This document shows, in pieces, positions 39,343 to 49,865 of a stretch of DNA of 64,000 nt; the first letter of the stretch is position 1; every line of letters starts with the position of its first letter. A program made the translations under genes and the position numbers. Under the pieces are notes generated by a model. That model saw only the letters and a program-made list of their open reading frames with translations, searched no databases and was not told the DNA's origin. This stretch comes from Bacilli bacterium (GTDB lineage: Bacteria > Bacillota_I > Bacilli_A > RFN20 > CAG-826): positions 2,970 to 66,969 of the forward strand of contig JAILIF010000108.1 in NCBI GenBank assembly GCA_024695405.1, read 5' to 3'.

Positions 39343-40762
39343 CACACCTGATATGAATAAAGCAGCTGATAGAAGACCTTCTTCTACAGTATTTTCAAAG
39401 ATGTCTGAGACTAGTTTTAATGAACTCTCAAAATTAATTAAGGGTAAGAAATATTATATTAGAACATATGGCTGCCAAGCTAATGTTAGAGATGAAGAAA
39501 CAATGCGTGGAATGCTAGAAAATGTAGGTTATATTCCTAGCACAGAACCAGAAGAAGCAGATTTAATCATTATTAATACTTGTGCAGTTAGAGAAAATGC
39601 AGAGGATAAAGTCTATGGCGAGATAGGAAATCTCAAATATTTAACTAAGAAAAATAAAGACTTAGTTTTAGGTATTTGTGGCTGTATGGTTGAACAACCT
39701 GAAATCTTAAAAAGACTTATGACAACATTCCCAGAAATTAATTTATATTTTGGTACACACGAAATAGGAAATCTTTACGCTTTAATCTATGCAGTTTTAA
39801 CAAACAAAGAAAGAATTGTGTCTATTGAAAGTAAACCTGGTGAAGTTGTCGAAAACTTACCTGCATGTAGACTTAATAGATTTAAAGCTTTTGTAAATAT
39901 TATTTATGGATGTAATAAGTTTTGTACATACTGTATTGTTCCTTACACAAGAGGAAAAGAAAGAAGCAGAAAATTCGAAGACGTACTCGATGAATGTAAG
40001 AGTTTAGTAGATGCTGGATATAAAGAAATCACTCTGTTAGGTCAAAATGTTAATGCTTATGGTAAAGACTTAGATGAAAAAAGAGATTTTGCTGATCTTT
40101 TAGAAGCAGTCGCTAAATTAGGTATTGAACGTTTAAGATTTACAACATCTCACCCTTGGGATTTCTCAAGTAAAATGATTGATATTATCGCTAAATATCC
40201 AAATATCATGAAGTTTATCCATCTTCCTGTTCAATCAGGTAACGATAAGATCTTAAAGCTTATGGGAAGAAGGTATTCTAGAGAGCAATATTTGAATCTT
40301 GTTAAAGAAATGAGAGAGAAAATTCCTGGTTTATCTTTATCTACAGATATTATTGTTGGATTCCCAAATGAAACGGAAGAAGAATTCCAAGATACATTAT
40401 CTTTAGTTGATGAAGTTAAATACGAAGCAGCATTTACATTTATTTATTCCCCTAGAAAGGGCACTCCTGCTGCAAAAATAGAAGATAACGTTCCATATGA
40501 AACTAAATCAAAAAGATTCATTGAACTTGTTAAACATTTAGAAGGACCAATTGAAGAAAAATCTAAAAAGATGGTCGGAAATGTTTATAAGGTGTTAGTT
40601 GATGGCACAAGCAAAACAGATGAAGGTATGCTTTCTGGATATACTGAAGAGAATAAATTAGTCCACTTTAAAGGTGATGTTTCTCTTGTTGGAACTATTA
40701 TCGATGTTAAAATCACTGAATCTCATACATATTCATTAATTGGAGAAATTGTTAATGGATAA
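39317..40762 (+). CDS. miaB: tRNA-i6A37 methylthiotransferase MiaB
   Basis: YYIRTYGCQANVRDEE, radical-SAM CNKFCTYC and a TRAM domain; the true start may be an internal Met (about 39353 or 39404). Confidence 0.85.
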   Translation: MNMKTKIINTPDMNKAADRRPSSTVFSKMSETSFNELSKLIKGKKYYIRTYGCQANVRDEETMRGMLENVGYIPSTEPEEADLIIINTCAVRENAEDKVYGEIGNLKYLTKKNKDLVLGICGCMVEQPEILKRLMTTFPEINLYFGTHEIGNLYALIYAVLTNKERIVSIESKPGEVVENLPACRLNRFKAFVNIIYGCNKFCTYCIVPYTRGKERSRKFEDVLDECKSLVDAGYKEITLLGQNVNAYGKDLDEKRDFADLLEAVAKLGIERLRFTTSHPWDFSSKMIDIIAKYPNIMKFIHLPVQSGNDKILKLMGRRYSREQYLNLVKEMREKIPGLSLSTDIIVGFPNETEEEFQDTLSLVDEVKYEAAFTFIYSPRKGTPAAKIEDNVPYETKSKRFIELVKHLEGPIEEKSKKMVGNVYKVLVDGTSKTDEGMLSGYTEENKLVHFKGDVSLVGTIIDVKITESHTYSLIGEIVNG

Positions 40763-41030
40763 TAGTTTAGAGATCGCTGAGCAAATCAAAGGCAAAATAT
40801 TAGAATTACCTGAGGCTAAAGAATATTTAAGACTTAAAAACATTATTGAAAATGATGAAGAAATAAAATCTCTTCAAGAGAAAATTATTAGCCTTAGAAA
40901 AGATAAAAAAACTAAAGAAGCTAAGGAATTAACTGATAAGTTAAATTCAATGCCTATTATAATTAATTTTGAGGCCGTAAGAGACCAATTAGCTGATACA
41001 CTTAAAGTTATCTCAAATATATTAAAATAA
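40756..41030 (+). CDS. ricA: YmcA/RicA-family regulatory protein (YlbF/YmcA family)
   Basis: Small helical protein; miaB(ymcB)-ymcA synteny; the track ORF starts earlier at 40740. Confidence 0.6.
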
Positions 41031-41052
41031 ATCCCATTGCGGGATTTTTTTG
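41029..41052 (+). terminator. Rho-independent terminator
   Basis: atccc-attgc-gggat followed by TTTTTTT. Confidence 0.65.
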
Positions 41053-41067
41053 TGCTAACATAGGCAT

Positions 41068-41940
41068 ATGACATATGTGATTTTAGGACCAACTGGTATA
41101 GGAAAAACATCTTTAGCTGTAGAAATTGCAGAATATTTAGATTGCCCAATAATTTCATGTGATGCTTTTCAAATATATAAAGACATGGATATTGGAACAG
41201 GAAAGATTATGCCTAATGAAAAGGGCTTTGATAGGCACTATCTAATTAATAAAATTACACCTGAAGAAACATATTCTGTTAAGGAATATCAATCAGACTT
41301 CAGAAATATTTACGATAAACTTATAGAAACTAATAAGAATGTAGTTATTGTTGGTGGAACTGGATTATATATAAAAGCTGCTTTATATGATTATATTTTT
41401 GAAACATATGAAGATGATACTAGTGATTTAGAAAAAATGAATAACGATGAACTTTATAAGCTTTTAACTATTTTAGATCCTGAATCTACTAAAACTATTC
41501 ATCCAAATAACAGGAAAAGAGTTATACACGCAATTTCTGTAGCAAGAAGCTGCGCTAAAACCAAATCCGAAGGTATTGATAGTCAAGAGCATAAACTTTT
41601 ATACGATAATATCAGATTCTTATTTATTAATCCTGATAGAGAACTCGTTTACGAAGGAATTAATAAACGAGTTGATGGAATGTTTAAAGCTGGCTTAATT
41701 GATGAAGTTAAAAAGCTTTTATCAAAATATGAACTCTCTATAACTGCAAAAGAAGCAATTGGTTATAAAGAAGTTATCTCATATTTAAATGGGGAATTAA
41801 GCTTAGAAGATTCAATTGAATTAGTTAAAAAAAGAAGTAGAAATTATGCAAAAAGGCAAGTCACATTCTTTAAACATCAATTTGATTGTGAAACTTTTTC
41901 AAGCATTGCAAATGCCAAAAAAGCAATTCTAAATGCGTAG
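41068..41940 (+). CDS. miaA: tRNA dimethylallyltransferase
   Basis: GPTGIGKTSLA P-loop; 290 aa. Confidence 0.9.
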   Translation: MTYVILGPTGIGKTSLAVEIAEYLDCPIISCDAFQIYKDMDIGTGKIMPNEKGFDRHYLINKITPEETYSVKEYQSDFRNIYDKLIETNKNVVIVGGTGLYIKAALYDYIFETYEDDTSDLEKMNNDELYKLLTILDPESTKTIHPNNRKRVIHAISVARSCAKTKSEGIDSQEHKLLYDNIRFLFINPDRELVYEGINKRVDGMFKAGLIDEVKKLLSKYELSITAKEAIGYKEVISYLNGELSLEDSIELVKKRSRNYAKRQVTFFKHQFDCETFSSIANAKKAILNA

Positions 41941-42170
41941 GAGCGTTTTTTCTATATAATTCAAATAAATAAATAGTTTTTAAGATAATAAAAAAATAAA
42001 TTTATTATCTAAAAAATAGATACTTTTTTGCAAAAATAATGTATCATATTACGCAATAAACGTAATTTAGTTAAAAAGTATAGTTATAACTATTCTTTTA
42101 GGATTATGAAGCCTTATGACTACATATTACTTATTATGTTATTAAAATTTAAAAAAGGAGAACGTAGAGA

Positions 42171-43781
42171 ATGAATAATATCTTTGATATTGCTAATAAA
42201 GCAAAGATTGATGAAAAGTATCTTATTCCTTTTGGATATGATAAAGCAAAGATAGATTTGAAAATCATGGATGAATTAAAAGACCGTCCAAATGGAAAAT
42301 TAGTTTTAGTTACTGCAATTACCCCAACAAAAGCTGGTGAAGGAAAAACTACAACTAGTATCGGACTTCATGATGGCCTTAACTTAATCGGCATTCCATC
42401 AATGGTTGCATTAAGAGAACCTTCTTTAGGACCTGTTTTTGGCATTAAAGGCGGCGCAACTGGAGGTGGAAAAGCTTCTGTTATTCCTTCTGAAGATATT
42501 AACCTACATTTCACTGGCGATATGCACGCGTTAACTTCTTCAATCAATTTGATTTCAGCAGTTATTGATAATCATATTTTCCAAGGAAATGAGTTAGGAA
42601 TTGACCCAGAAAGAATTCTTTGGAAAAGAGCGCTCGATATGAATGACAGAGCTTTAAGAAAAGTTACTGTTATGCAAGGTGAAAAGAAAGGAAAGCCTCG
42701 TGACGATGAATTTGTTATTACAGTTGCTAGTGAAATGATGGCAATTCTTTGTTTAGCAAATAATCCTCAAGATTTCCAAGATAGAGTCAATAAAATCATT
42801 GTTGCATATAATTTCAACGGTGAACCAGTTACTATTAAGGATTTAAAGATTTCGCACGCGATTATGAAATTAATGAAGAATGCTTTAAATCCAAACTTAG
42901 TACAAACGTTAGAAGGAAACCCTGCGATTATTCATGGTGGCCCTTTCGCAAATATTGCTCATGGTTGTAACTCAATTATGGCAACAAAATTGGCTTTAAA
43001 ACTTGCTCCAGTTGTTGTTACAGAAGCAGGATTCGGTGCTGACTTAGGTGCAGAGAAGTTTTTAGATATCAAATGTAGAGTTGGTGGACTTAAACCAGAT
43101 GCAGTCGTTATGGTTACTACTATTAGAGCGTTAAAAATGCACGGTGGCCAAGCGTTTGAAGATTTAGCTAATGAAAATATCGATGCATTAAAAAACGGCG
43201 TTTGCAACTTAAAGAAACACTTAGATAATATTGCAAAATACGGTCTTCCAATCGTAGTTTGCATCAACCATTTTGCTTCTGACACTGTAGAAGAAACAAA
43301 AGTTCTTTCCAAATGGTGCGAAGATAATGGCTATGAATACGCATATTGCAGCGCATTTGGAGATGGCGCTAAAGGTGCTGAAGAATTAGCAAAGAAAGTT
43401 ATGAAAACTTTGGAAACTAAGGAAAGCCATTACGCTCCTATTTATGACACTAATTTATCTATTAAAGAAAAGATTGATGTCATTTGTAAAGAAATTTATG
43501 GAGCCGGAAGTATTGTTTATACAGATGATGCGAATAAACAAATCGAAGAATTTACCCGTTTAGGATTCGGAAAAACACCTGTTTGTATCGCAAAAACTCC
43601 TCAATCATTAACAGATGATCCAAAAGTTTTAGGCGCTCCAACAGGATTTACAGTAATGATTCGTGAAGTAAGATTATCTGCTGGTGCAAACTTTGTTGTT
43701 CCACTTACAGGCGCTGTTATGACAATGCCAGGACTTCCAAAAATTCCTGCAGCAGTTAAGATGGAAGATCAAGAAATTTAA
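42171..43781 (+). CDS. fhs: Formate--tetrahydrofolate ligase
   Basis: TPTKAGEGKTTTSIGL nucleotide-binding motif; 536 aa. Confidence 0.93.
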   Translation: MNNIFDIANKAKIDEKYLIPFGYDKAKIDLKIMDELKDRPNGKLVLVTAITPTKAGEGKTTTSIGLHDGLNLIGIPSMVALREPSLGPVFGIKGGATGGGKASVIPSEDINLHFTGDMHALTSSINLISAVIDNHIFQGNELGIDPERILWKRALDMNDRALRKVTVMQGEKKGKPRDDEFVITVASEMMAILCLANNPQDFQDRVNKIIVAYNFNGEPVTIKDLKISHAIMKLMKNALNPNLVQTLEGNPAIIHGGPFANIAHGCNSIMATKLALKLAPVVVTEAGFGADLGAEKFLDIKCRVGGLKPDAVVMVTTIRALKMHGGQAFEDLANENIDALKNGVCNLKKHLDNIAKYGLPIVVCINHFASDTVEETKVLSKWCEDNGYEYAYCSAFGDGAKGAEELAKKVMKTLETKESHYAPIYDTNLSIKEKIDVICKEIYGAGSIVYTDDANKQIEEFTRLGFGKTPVCIAKTPQSLTDDPKVLGAPTGFTVMIREVRLSAGANFVVPLTGAVMTMPGLPKIPAAVKMEDQEI

Positions 43782-43805
43782 AAAAGTTAAGAAATTTTAG
43801 CAAAT

Positions 43806-43841
43806 TTTTCAAAAAATGGCCCTCTATATAAGTATAGGGGG
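43806..43841 (+). promoter_or_regulatory. Repeat family copy D (ABC transporter leader)
   Basis: TTTTTCAAAAAATGGCCCTCTATATAAGTATAGGGGG. The ccctctata/tataggggg arms can pair with one G-U and would bury the Shine-Dalgarno sequence. Confidence 0.45.
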
Positions 43842-43848
43842 TTTTATT

Positions 43849-45897
43849 ATGAGTTTAATACAAGTCTTAAACCTGACTAAGACCTATAAAATATCTGGAA
43901 AGAAAGTAGACGTCTTGAAAGATATCAATTTAACTCTGCCAGAAAGTGGTTTAGTCGTAATTTTAGGAAAATCTGGTTCAGGTAAGTCTACATTGCTAAA
44001 TATAGTGGGAGGAATTGATAATTCCACGTCGGGAGCCGTAATTTTTTCTTCAATGAAGAAACACAGTAAAAATTCTAATTTTGAGAAGAGTTTTATATTT
44101 CAACATTATCATTTGTTAGAAAATCAGACTGCTTTATATAACATTATGCTTCCAGCTCTAATTCGAGGGTATGACAAAAAGTTTGCCGAAACCCAATCTA
44201 AGGAATTAATAAAACTTTTCTCACTGGATGAAAGCGTTGTTAATAAAGTGGTTAGGTTTTTATCAGGCGGAGAAAAAGAAAGAATTGCAATCTTACGTTC
44301 TTTAATAACAAATCCAAGATTAATATTAGCTGATGAGCCAACAGGAGCACTTGATAAAGATAACGCAATTAAGACGATGAATATTCTTAAAAACGCGAGT
44401 AAGAAAAGGCTTGTTCTTTTAGTCACACATAATAGAGATTTAGCAAAGCAATATGCTGATAGAATTATTACTCTTTTAGATGGGAAAATTATTGATGATC
44501 AGACATACAAAAATAATAAAGAAGAAGTGTACATAGATAGTATTCAAAAAAGACGCAAAAACCATTGGTCAATAAACATCATTAACCACAATTTTAAAAA
44601 AAGAATTAAAAGGAATATTGTTTCGATAATCGGAATGACAATTTCTTTAGTTTTCTGCTATTTGCTATTTGGGTTTTCTACACATTCAAATGATGCAATT
44701 AATAAGGTTTCTACAAAACATTTTGATTATGGGACTGGTACTATAAGCAAAGAATTTAGAACTGAATCCGATTCATCTATAACTTTGGTAAAAACATTAA
44801 GACCAGAAGAAAACGAATTAGATGATATAAAAACCAAATTTCCAATGTTTGAATTTATGGCAAATTATGACGCTATTTTTAACTCAGGAGAATTATATAT
44901 TGGAAATGAAGTGAACAAAGAAATAAGGAATTCTTTTATTTATGATTTTACTGATAAAAGCTTCGATAAGAATTTAATAGTTTCTGGTGCAATCAATAAT
45001 GAGTGTTCTTGGAATGATATTGTGGTTAATGAAAAAGCATTTAATATAATCCAAAATAACGATATTCATTATAAATTTTCTTATGAAAATAAAATTGAGC
45101 AGACGAATTCTTCTTTTATAGTTGATTATTTTGATGTAGAAGAAAAACTGAATATTGTTGCAGTTGTGGATGAATTAGATTTTTTGTCGGTTCCTAAAAT
45201 TTATTTTAACTATCAAGAAATAGATGAAATATTCGAAAACAAAGAATTAGAAAACCTATCTGATAAGTCAGGAAAAGAAATAAATTGGAAACAATACATT
45301 ATGGAAGCTAATTCCTATGATGATATTACTTCATATTCTTTGAGATGCTTTTTGGTGGATATTTCAAAAAAAGAAAAAGTCGATGAGCTATTAAAATATT
45401 TATCAAATGAAATAAAACTAACTAACGATAGCTTAACAATTAAAGAAGCTCTAGCGTCATTAACGTTGGCCGCTACTGTAGGGCTTGATGTATTTTTGAT
45501 TATTGCTCTAGTCGGTAGCGTGCTTATTTTGGGAGTATTTTCATTTTCTGCCTATAATGACGATAAGAAGGAATCATCTATCTTAAGTTGTTTAGGAGCT
45601 AAAGATAGTGAAGTAGTCGGGATTTTTACAAGTGAGAGCCTGATAGTTGTATTTTTGGCTTTCCTTTTTTCAACTGTATTTTCTTGGATCCTTCAAAAGC
45701 CAATTAATTTACTTTTAGATGCTTTATTAGATGTTCCAAATCTTATCGATATTCCAATTAAATCTTTTTTAGGAATTAAAGGATTGCTTCCTCTTGCGGT
45801 TTTATCAATTTCAATAATAGTGGCTTTAGCTTTTACTTCAATTCCTATTTTTATTAATAAAAAGATTTCTCTTAAAAAGGAGCTTACTGACTTATGA
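43849..45897 (+). CDS. ABC transporter, fused ATP-binding and FtsX-like permease (MacB-type)
   Basis: ATG 43849 is 8 nt after the AGGGGG Shine-Dalgarno sequence. N-terminal ATPase (GKSGSGKST, LSGGEKERIAILR, LILADEPTGALD); TM1, a roughly 290-aa extracytoplasmic domain, then 3 C-terminal TM helices. Confidence 0.8.
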   Translation: MSLIQVLNLTKTYKISGKKVDVLKDINLTLPESGLVVILGKSGSGKSTLLNIVGGIDNSTSGAVIFSSMKKHSKNSNFEKSFIFQHYHLLENQTALYNIMLPALIRGYDKKFAETQSKELIKLFSLDESVVNKVVRFLSGGEKERIAILRSLITNPRLILADEPTGALDKDNAIKTMNILKNASKKRLVLLVTHNRDLAKQYADRIITLLDGKIIDDQTYKNNKEEVYIDSIQKRRKNHWSINIINHNFKKRIKRNIVSIIGMTISLVFCYLLFGFSTHSNDAINKVSTKHFDYGTGTISKEFRTESDSSITLVKTLRPEENELDDIKTKFPMFEFMANYDAIFNSGELYIGNEVNKEIRNSFIYDFTDKSFDKNLIVSGAINNECSWNDIVVNEKAFNIIQNNDIHYKFSYENKIEQTNSSFIVDYFDVEEKLNIVAVVDELDFLSVPKIYFNYQEIDEIFENKELENLSDKSGKEINWKQYIMEANSYDDITSYSLRCFLVDISKKEKVDELLKYLSNEIKLTNDSLTIKEALASLTLAATVGLDVFLIIALVGSVLILGVFSFSAYNDDKKESSILSCLGAKDSEVVGIFTSESLIVVFLAFLFSTVFSWILQKPINLLLDALLDVPNLIDIPIKSFLGIKGLLPLAVLSISIIVALAFTSIPIFINKKISLKKELTDL

Positions 45898-48689
45898 TCG
45901 ATATTAAAGATTTAGGAATAAAATTTGAAGATAAAGTAGTATTAGATAACGTAAATATAAAGTTTCCAAGAAGTGGATTGATTTGCATTTGTGGCGAATC
46001 TGGTAGTGGAAAAACATCTTTAGTGAATGCAATTTCTTCTTTAATAGATTTCAAAGGTAGCATTAGTTTTGATGGATTAAGAATTGAAGAATTAAATGAC
46101 AAAGAAGGTGCAAATTTTAGAATTAAAAATATTGGATTTATCTTCCAAGACTTTAAGTTATTTGATAATCAGACTGTAGAGAAAAATGTAACTTTTCCTC
46201 TCAGCGTGCTTTCAAATTGTTCTGATGTTAAAAAAACACACAAGTGTAATGAATTACTTGCTCTTTGTAATTTAGAAAACTATAACAAACGAATTTGTAA
46301 AAATCTTTCAGGCGGAGAAAAACAAAGAGTAGCCATTTGTAGAGCTCTTATTAATAACCCAAAGCTAATTATCGCTGATGAACCAACAGGCTCTTTAGAC
46401 GAAAATAATGGTGAAGAAATATTGGTTTTATTAAAGAAATTTTCAACAAAATCACTTGTTTTAATGGTTACACATGACTTAGACCTAGCTAGAAAATACG
46501 CCGATAAGATTGTGTTTATCAAAAATAAACAATTAGTTGTGGAAGAGAATAATAAAATTATTGAAGATTATAAACCATTAATTATTTCTAACAAAGAAAA
46601 GCAAAAGAAGAAATCTTCTGTACCTTTTATGTTTGCGATTAATCACGCTAAGCAAAGTATGAAAGCAAAAAAGATTAGAAGCGTTCTAAGTACCATGTTT
46701 ATGTCTATGGGACTTATGGGAATTGGCTTATCAATATCTTTTTCTAATTCAATTTCAAACGACTTAAAACGCTCTTATAGCAATCTTATTGAAACAGCGT
46801 CTATTTCTATTTGTAAACAGCAAGATAAAACAGAAAGAATTAAAAATGTTACCTATGACGATACTAAATATTTATTAGATACCTATGATGAAGATAATCA
46901 ATATGAATGTGGTGTTGGTTATTTGAATAACTTCGAAGAAATGTTTAAGGATTGTAATATGTTCTATCTAGAAAGTGGGTCTAAAACATATTTTATTGAT
47001 GATCTTTCGATTAGACACATTAATGACGCTGTGACTGTAAAAGTTAACGATAATTCTTTCTTGCCTGCACCTTTAAAAAAGATGGAAGATGATGAAATAT
47101 GTTTAGGATTAACTATTTATCAAATTAGAAGTATCTGTATGGTTTTTGGTATTGAAAAAAGTGTTAATTCATTTTCTTCGTATTTAGAAAGTAATGATGT
47201 AAAGGTAGTAATTGAAGCGGGTAATGTAGATTGGGAATATTCAGATCAGCAAGTATTCACTTTAGTTGGGTTTGCCTTATCTACTGAGCCATATATTGCC
47301 CATACAAATAGAATGTTTAACAAAATCGTTTTGGAAGATAATATGAGGTTTCCATCAACTGATAGTCACGATTTAAAGGAATTTCCGTGGGTATTAAATA
47401 AGATAACCTACATTTCTACTGAAAATAATTATGATTTTTTAAAGTTTGCAAGAGAGAAAGAACTTACAGATAAATACATGTTTGAAGTTTGCGATAAGAA
47501 CTTATTTGTGAATCAACTATTAGATAAAGAAGCGTGCGACATAAATTATCTAATTCCCTACTATGCGCCTAAGACTCAATTAACAGATAAAGAAATCGAA
47601 TATATTAGTTCTGTTAGTGAAGATTTAAATAATCCGATTGTTTATAACAGTGGTGGTTATGTGAATTATCCAAATAATCTTATTTCTGGATTTGCTAATA
47701 GAACATATTTCTCTTTGTCAGAATATTCTCTACTTGAAACAACCGAAAATAATGCCTCAATTGAATTTGGCACTAATGAAAAGGAAGATTTGAAGCCCGG
47801 AGTACTTTATTCAAATTTTTCGAATAATTTCGCTAATCCTGTTAAGTTTGATTCGAATTTAACAAATATATCTTCAGGTAGAGAACCAATTGATTTGGAC
47901 GAGATTGTTGTTTCATCAGGTTTATTGGAAAACCTTAAAACAGAATATACGAACTCAGAGTTTCTCTATTTATCTACTGCGATAAAAGAAATAAATAAAC
48001 GAATAGGTATTTTTAATAGGGAATATGTAACAACAAAACTAAAAATTGTTGGCGTTGTCGAAAATGAGAAAAACTGTATTTACCATAATGCTTATTGGAC
48101 ACAAGATTATTTCTTATTACAAGATGGCTTGAAAGCAGAAAGCTTAGTTCCAACGTCTATTTCATTTTCTATAGGAGAAGATATTGATATAGATAGTTTA
48201 ATCGCGAAACTTAAAAGAGCGTTTCCTCAATACGAAATTGTTAATCCTCTTTTAGAGATAAATAAAAGTGTAGATCAATTATGCAACGCAATTTCTATTT
48301 TTATATTATGCATTTCGTTTGTCTCGTTAGTTATTTCTTTAATTTTGCTTTCTTCATGTACTTATCTTCATATTCAAGACATAAAAAAAGAAATTGCATT
48401 AGCAAGATGTATAGGAATTAATGTGGATGAATCGATGAAATTTTTATACAGCTATACCAGTTATTCTTCGTTATTTGCGTTAATTGTTGCGTGTGCCGAA
48501 TTAACAATGGTTAATTTAGCAATATTAAAACTTTCTTCTGATGTTTTATCTCTTCCTTTTAAATTCTCTGCTAGTTTTTTAGCATATGTAGTAATGTCTG
48601 TTGCATGTGTTTTAATATGTTTAGTTTCTTCTTGGATTAGTGCTAAACACATTAGAAAAATTAAACCAATTGATTGCCTTAAAATATAA
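45894..48689 (+). CDS. ABC transporter, fused ATP-binding and FtsX-like permease with a large extracytoplasmic domain (931 aa)
   Basis: ATPase (GESGSGKTS, LSGGEKQRVAICR, LIIADEPTGSLD); TM1 near aa 255; a roughly 540-aa extracellular domain; 3 C-terminal TM helices; start overlaps the upstream gene (ATGA). Confidence 0.8.
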   Translation: MIDIKDLGIKFEDKVVLDNVNIKFPRSGLICICGESGSGKTSLVNAISSLIDFKGSISFDGLRIEELNDKEGANFRIKNIGFIFQDFKLFDNQTVEKNVTFPLSVLSNCSDVKKTHKCNELLALCNLENYNKRICKNLSGGEKQRVAICRALINNPKLIIADEPTGSLDENNGEEILVLLKKFSTKSLVLMVTHDLDLARKYADKIVFIKNKQLVVEENNKIIEDYKPLIISNKEKQKKKSSVPFMFAINHAKQSMKAKKIRSVLSTMFMSMGLMGIGLSISFSNSISNDLKRSYSNLIETASISICKQQDKTERIKNVTYDDTKYLLDTYDEDNQYECGVGYLNNFEEMFKDCNMFYLESGSKTYFIDDLSIRHINDAVTVKVNDNSFLPAPLKKMEDDEICLGLTIYQIRSICMVFGIEKSVNSFSSYLESNDVKVVIEAGNVDWEYSDQQVFTLVGFALSTEPYIAHTNRMFNKIVLEDNMRFPSTDSHDLKEFPWVLNKITYISTENNYDFLKFAREKELTDKYMFEVCDKNLFVNQLLDKEACDINYLIPYYAPKTQLTDKEIEYISSVSEDLNNPIVYNSGGYVNYPNNLISGFANRTYFSLSEYSLLETTENNASIEFGTNEKEDLKPGVLYSNFSNNFANPVKFDSNLTNISSGREPIDLDEIVVSSGLLENLKTEYTNSEFLYLSTAIKEINKRIGIFNREYVTTKLKIVGVVENEKNCIYHNAYWTQDYFLLQDGLKAESLVPTSISFSIGEDIDIDSLIAKLKRAFPQYEIVNPLLEINKSVDQLCNAISIFILCISFVSLVISLILLSSCTYLHIQDIKKEIALARCIGINVDESMKFLYSYTSYSSLFALIVACAELTMVNLAILKLSSDVLSLPFKFSASFLAYVVMSVACVLICLVSSWISAKHIRKIKPIDCLKI

Positions 48690-48747
48690 AATTTTATTGA
48701 AGTGTTTTCGTATAGGCGTATGATATATAGTGCGTAAGTGAGGTTTT

Positions 48748-49863
48748 ATGGGATTAAAAGCAGGTATTGTAGGACTTCCAAATGTAGGAAAATCAACATT
48801 GTTTAATGCGATTACGAATTCACATGTAGAGGCAGCTAATTATCCTTTTGCTACTATTAACCCTAATACCGGCGTTGTTAACGTTCCTGATGCTAGATTA
48901 ACTTTCCTAAGCGATTTATTCAAACCAGAAAGAACTATTCCTGCAACAGTTGAATTTGTTGATATTGCTGGTTTGGTTAAAGGTGCTAGTAAAGGTGAAG
49001 GTTTAGGAAATCAATTCTTAGGCCATATTAGACAATGTGATGCAATTATTGAAGTTGTTAGATGTTTTGAAAATAAAGACATTATTCACGTTGAAGATAC
49101 AGTTGATCCAATTAGAGATATTGAGATTATAAATCTCGAATTGGTAATGGCTGATTTAGAGACAATTAATAAAAGAGTAGAAAAGTGTGAAGTTAAAGCT
49201 AGAGTTGCTCATGATAAAGAATGCATTTATGAAATGGGCATTTTAACTCCTTTAAAAGAAGCTTTAGAACAAGGTCTTCCTGCAAGAGGAGTTTCTTTAT
49301 CTAGCGATCAACTTCAATTCTGCTTAGACAATTATCATTTATTAACTAGCAAATCTATTATCTATGTTGCAAACGTTGGTGAAACTGATTTAGCTGACAT
49401 TGAAAATTGTGAAAATTATAAAAAAGTTAAAGAATACGCTGCAATAGAAGGAAATCAAGTTATTCCTGTTTGTGCGGGCATCGAAGCAGAACTTAGTGAA
49501 CTTTCTAAAGAAGAAAGAGAAATGTATCTTGCTGATTTAGGAGTTACTGAATCTGGATTAGATAAAGTTATTAAAGCTACATATAAATTGTTAAATTTAT
49601 CTACTTTCTTCACTGTAGGTAGTGATGAATGTAGAGCTTGGACTTTCAAAAATGGTTATTCCGCACCTGAATGTGCTGGAGTAATTCATACTGATTTCCA
49701 AAAAGGTTTTATTTGTGCTGAAGTTTATTCATATGATTCAATCCATGAATTAGGTAGTGAACAAGCGGTTAAAGAAGCTGGGAAACTTAGAACAGAAGGA
49801 AAAGGATATTATCCTAAAGACGGTGATGTTATGTTCTTTAGATTTAATGTCACAAAGAAATAA
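48748..49863 (+). CDS. ychF: Ribosome-binding ATPase YchF
   Basis: GIVGLPNVGKSTLFNA; TGS C-terminal domain; 371 aa. Confidence 0.93.
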   Translation: MGLKAGIVGLPNVGKSTLFNAITNSHVEAANYPFATINPNTGVVNVPDARLTFLSDLFKPERTIPATVEFVDIAGLVKGASKGEGLGNQFLGHIRQCDAIIEVVRCFENKDIIHVEDTVDPIRDIEIINLELVMADLETINKRVEKCEVKARVAHDKECIYEMGILTPLKEALEQGLPARGVSLSSDQLQFCLDNYHLLTSKSIIYVANVGETDLADIENCENYKKVKEYAAIEGNQVIPVCAGIEAELSELSKEEREMYLADLGVTESGLDKVIKATYKLLNLSTFFTVGSDECRAWTFKNGYSAPECAGVIHTDFQKGFICAEVYSYDSIHELGSEQAVKEAGKLRTEGKGYYPKDGDVMFFRFNVTKK

Positions 49864-49865
49864 AG

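Noticed and set aside
41941-42170. ZTP (pfl) riboswitch, T-box or PurR box upstream of fhs.
   Set aside because: No GGGTCGTGAC...CCGGGCGGA pseudoknot blocks, no T-box specifier or antiterminator consensus, and no PurBox. Only an isolated TATCTA-AAAAA-TAGATA palindrome is present.
43816-43848. Track start codon ATG 43816 for the first ABC protein (MALYISIGGF...).
   Set aside because: That ATG lies inside the conserved repeat element and has no Shine-Dalgarno sequence. ATG 43849 has the AGGGGG Shine-Dalgarno sequence at 8 nt and matches the repeat-plus-start architecture of the other copies.
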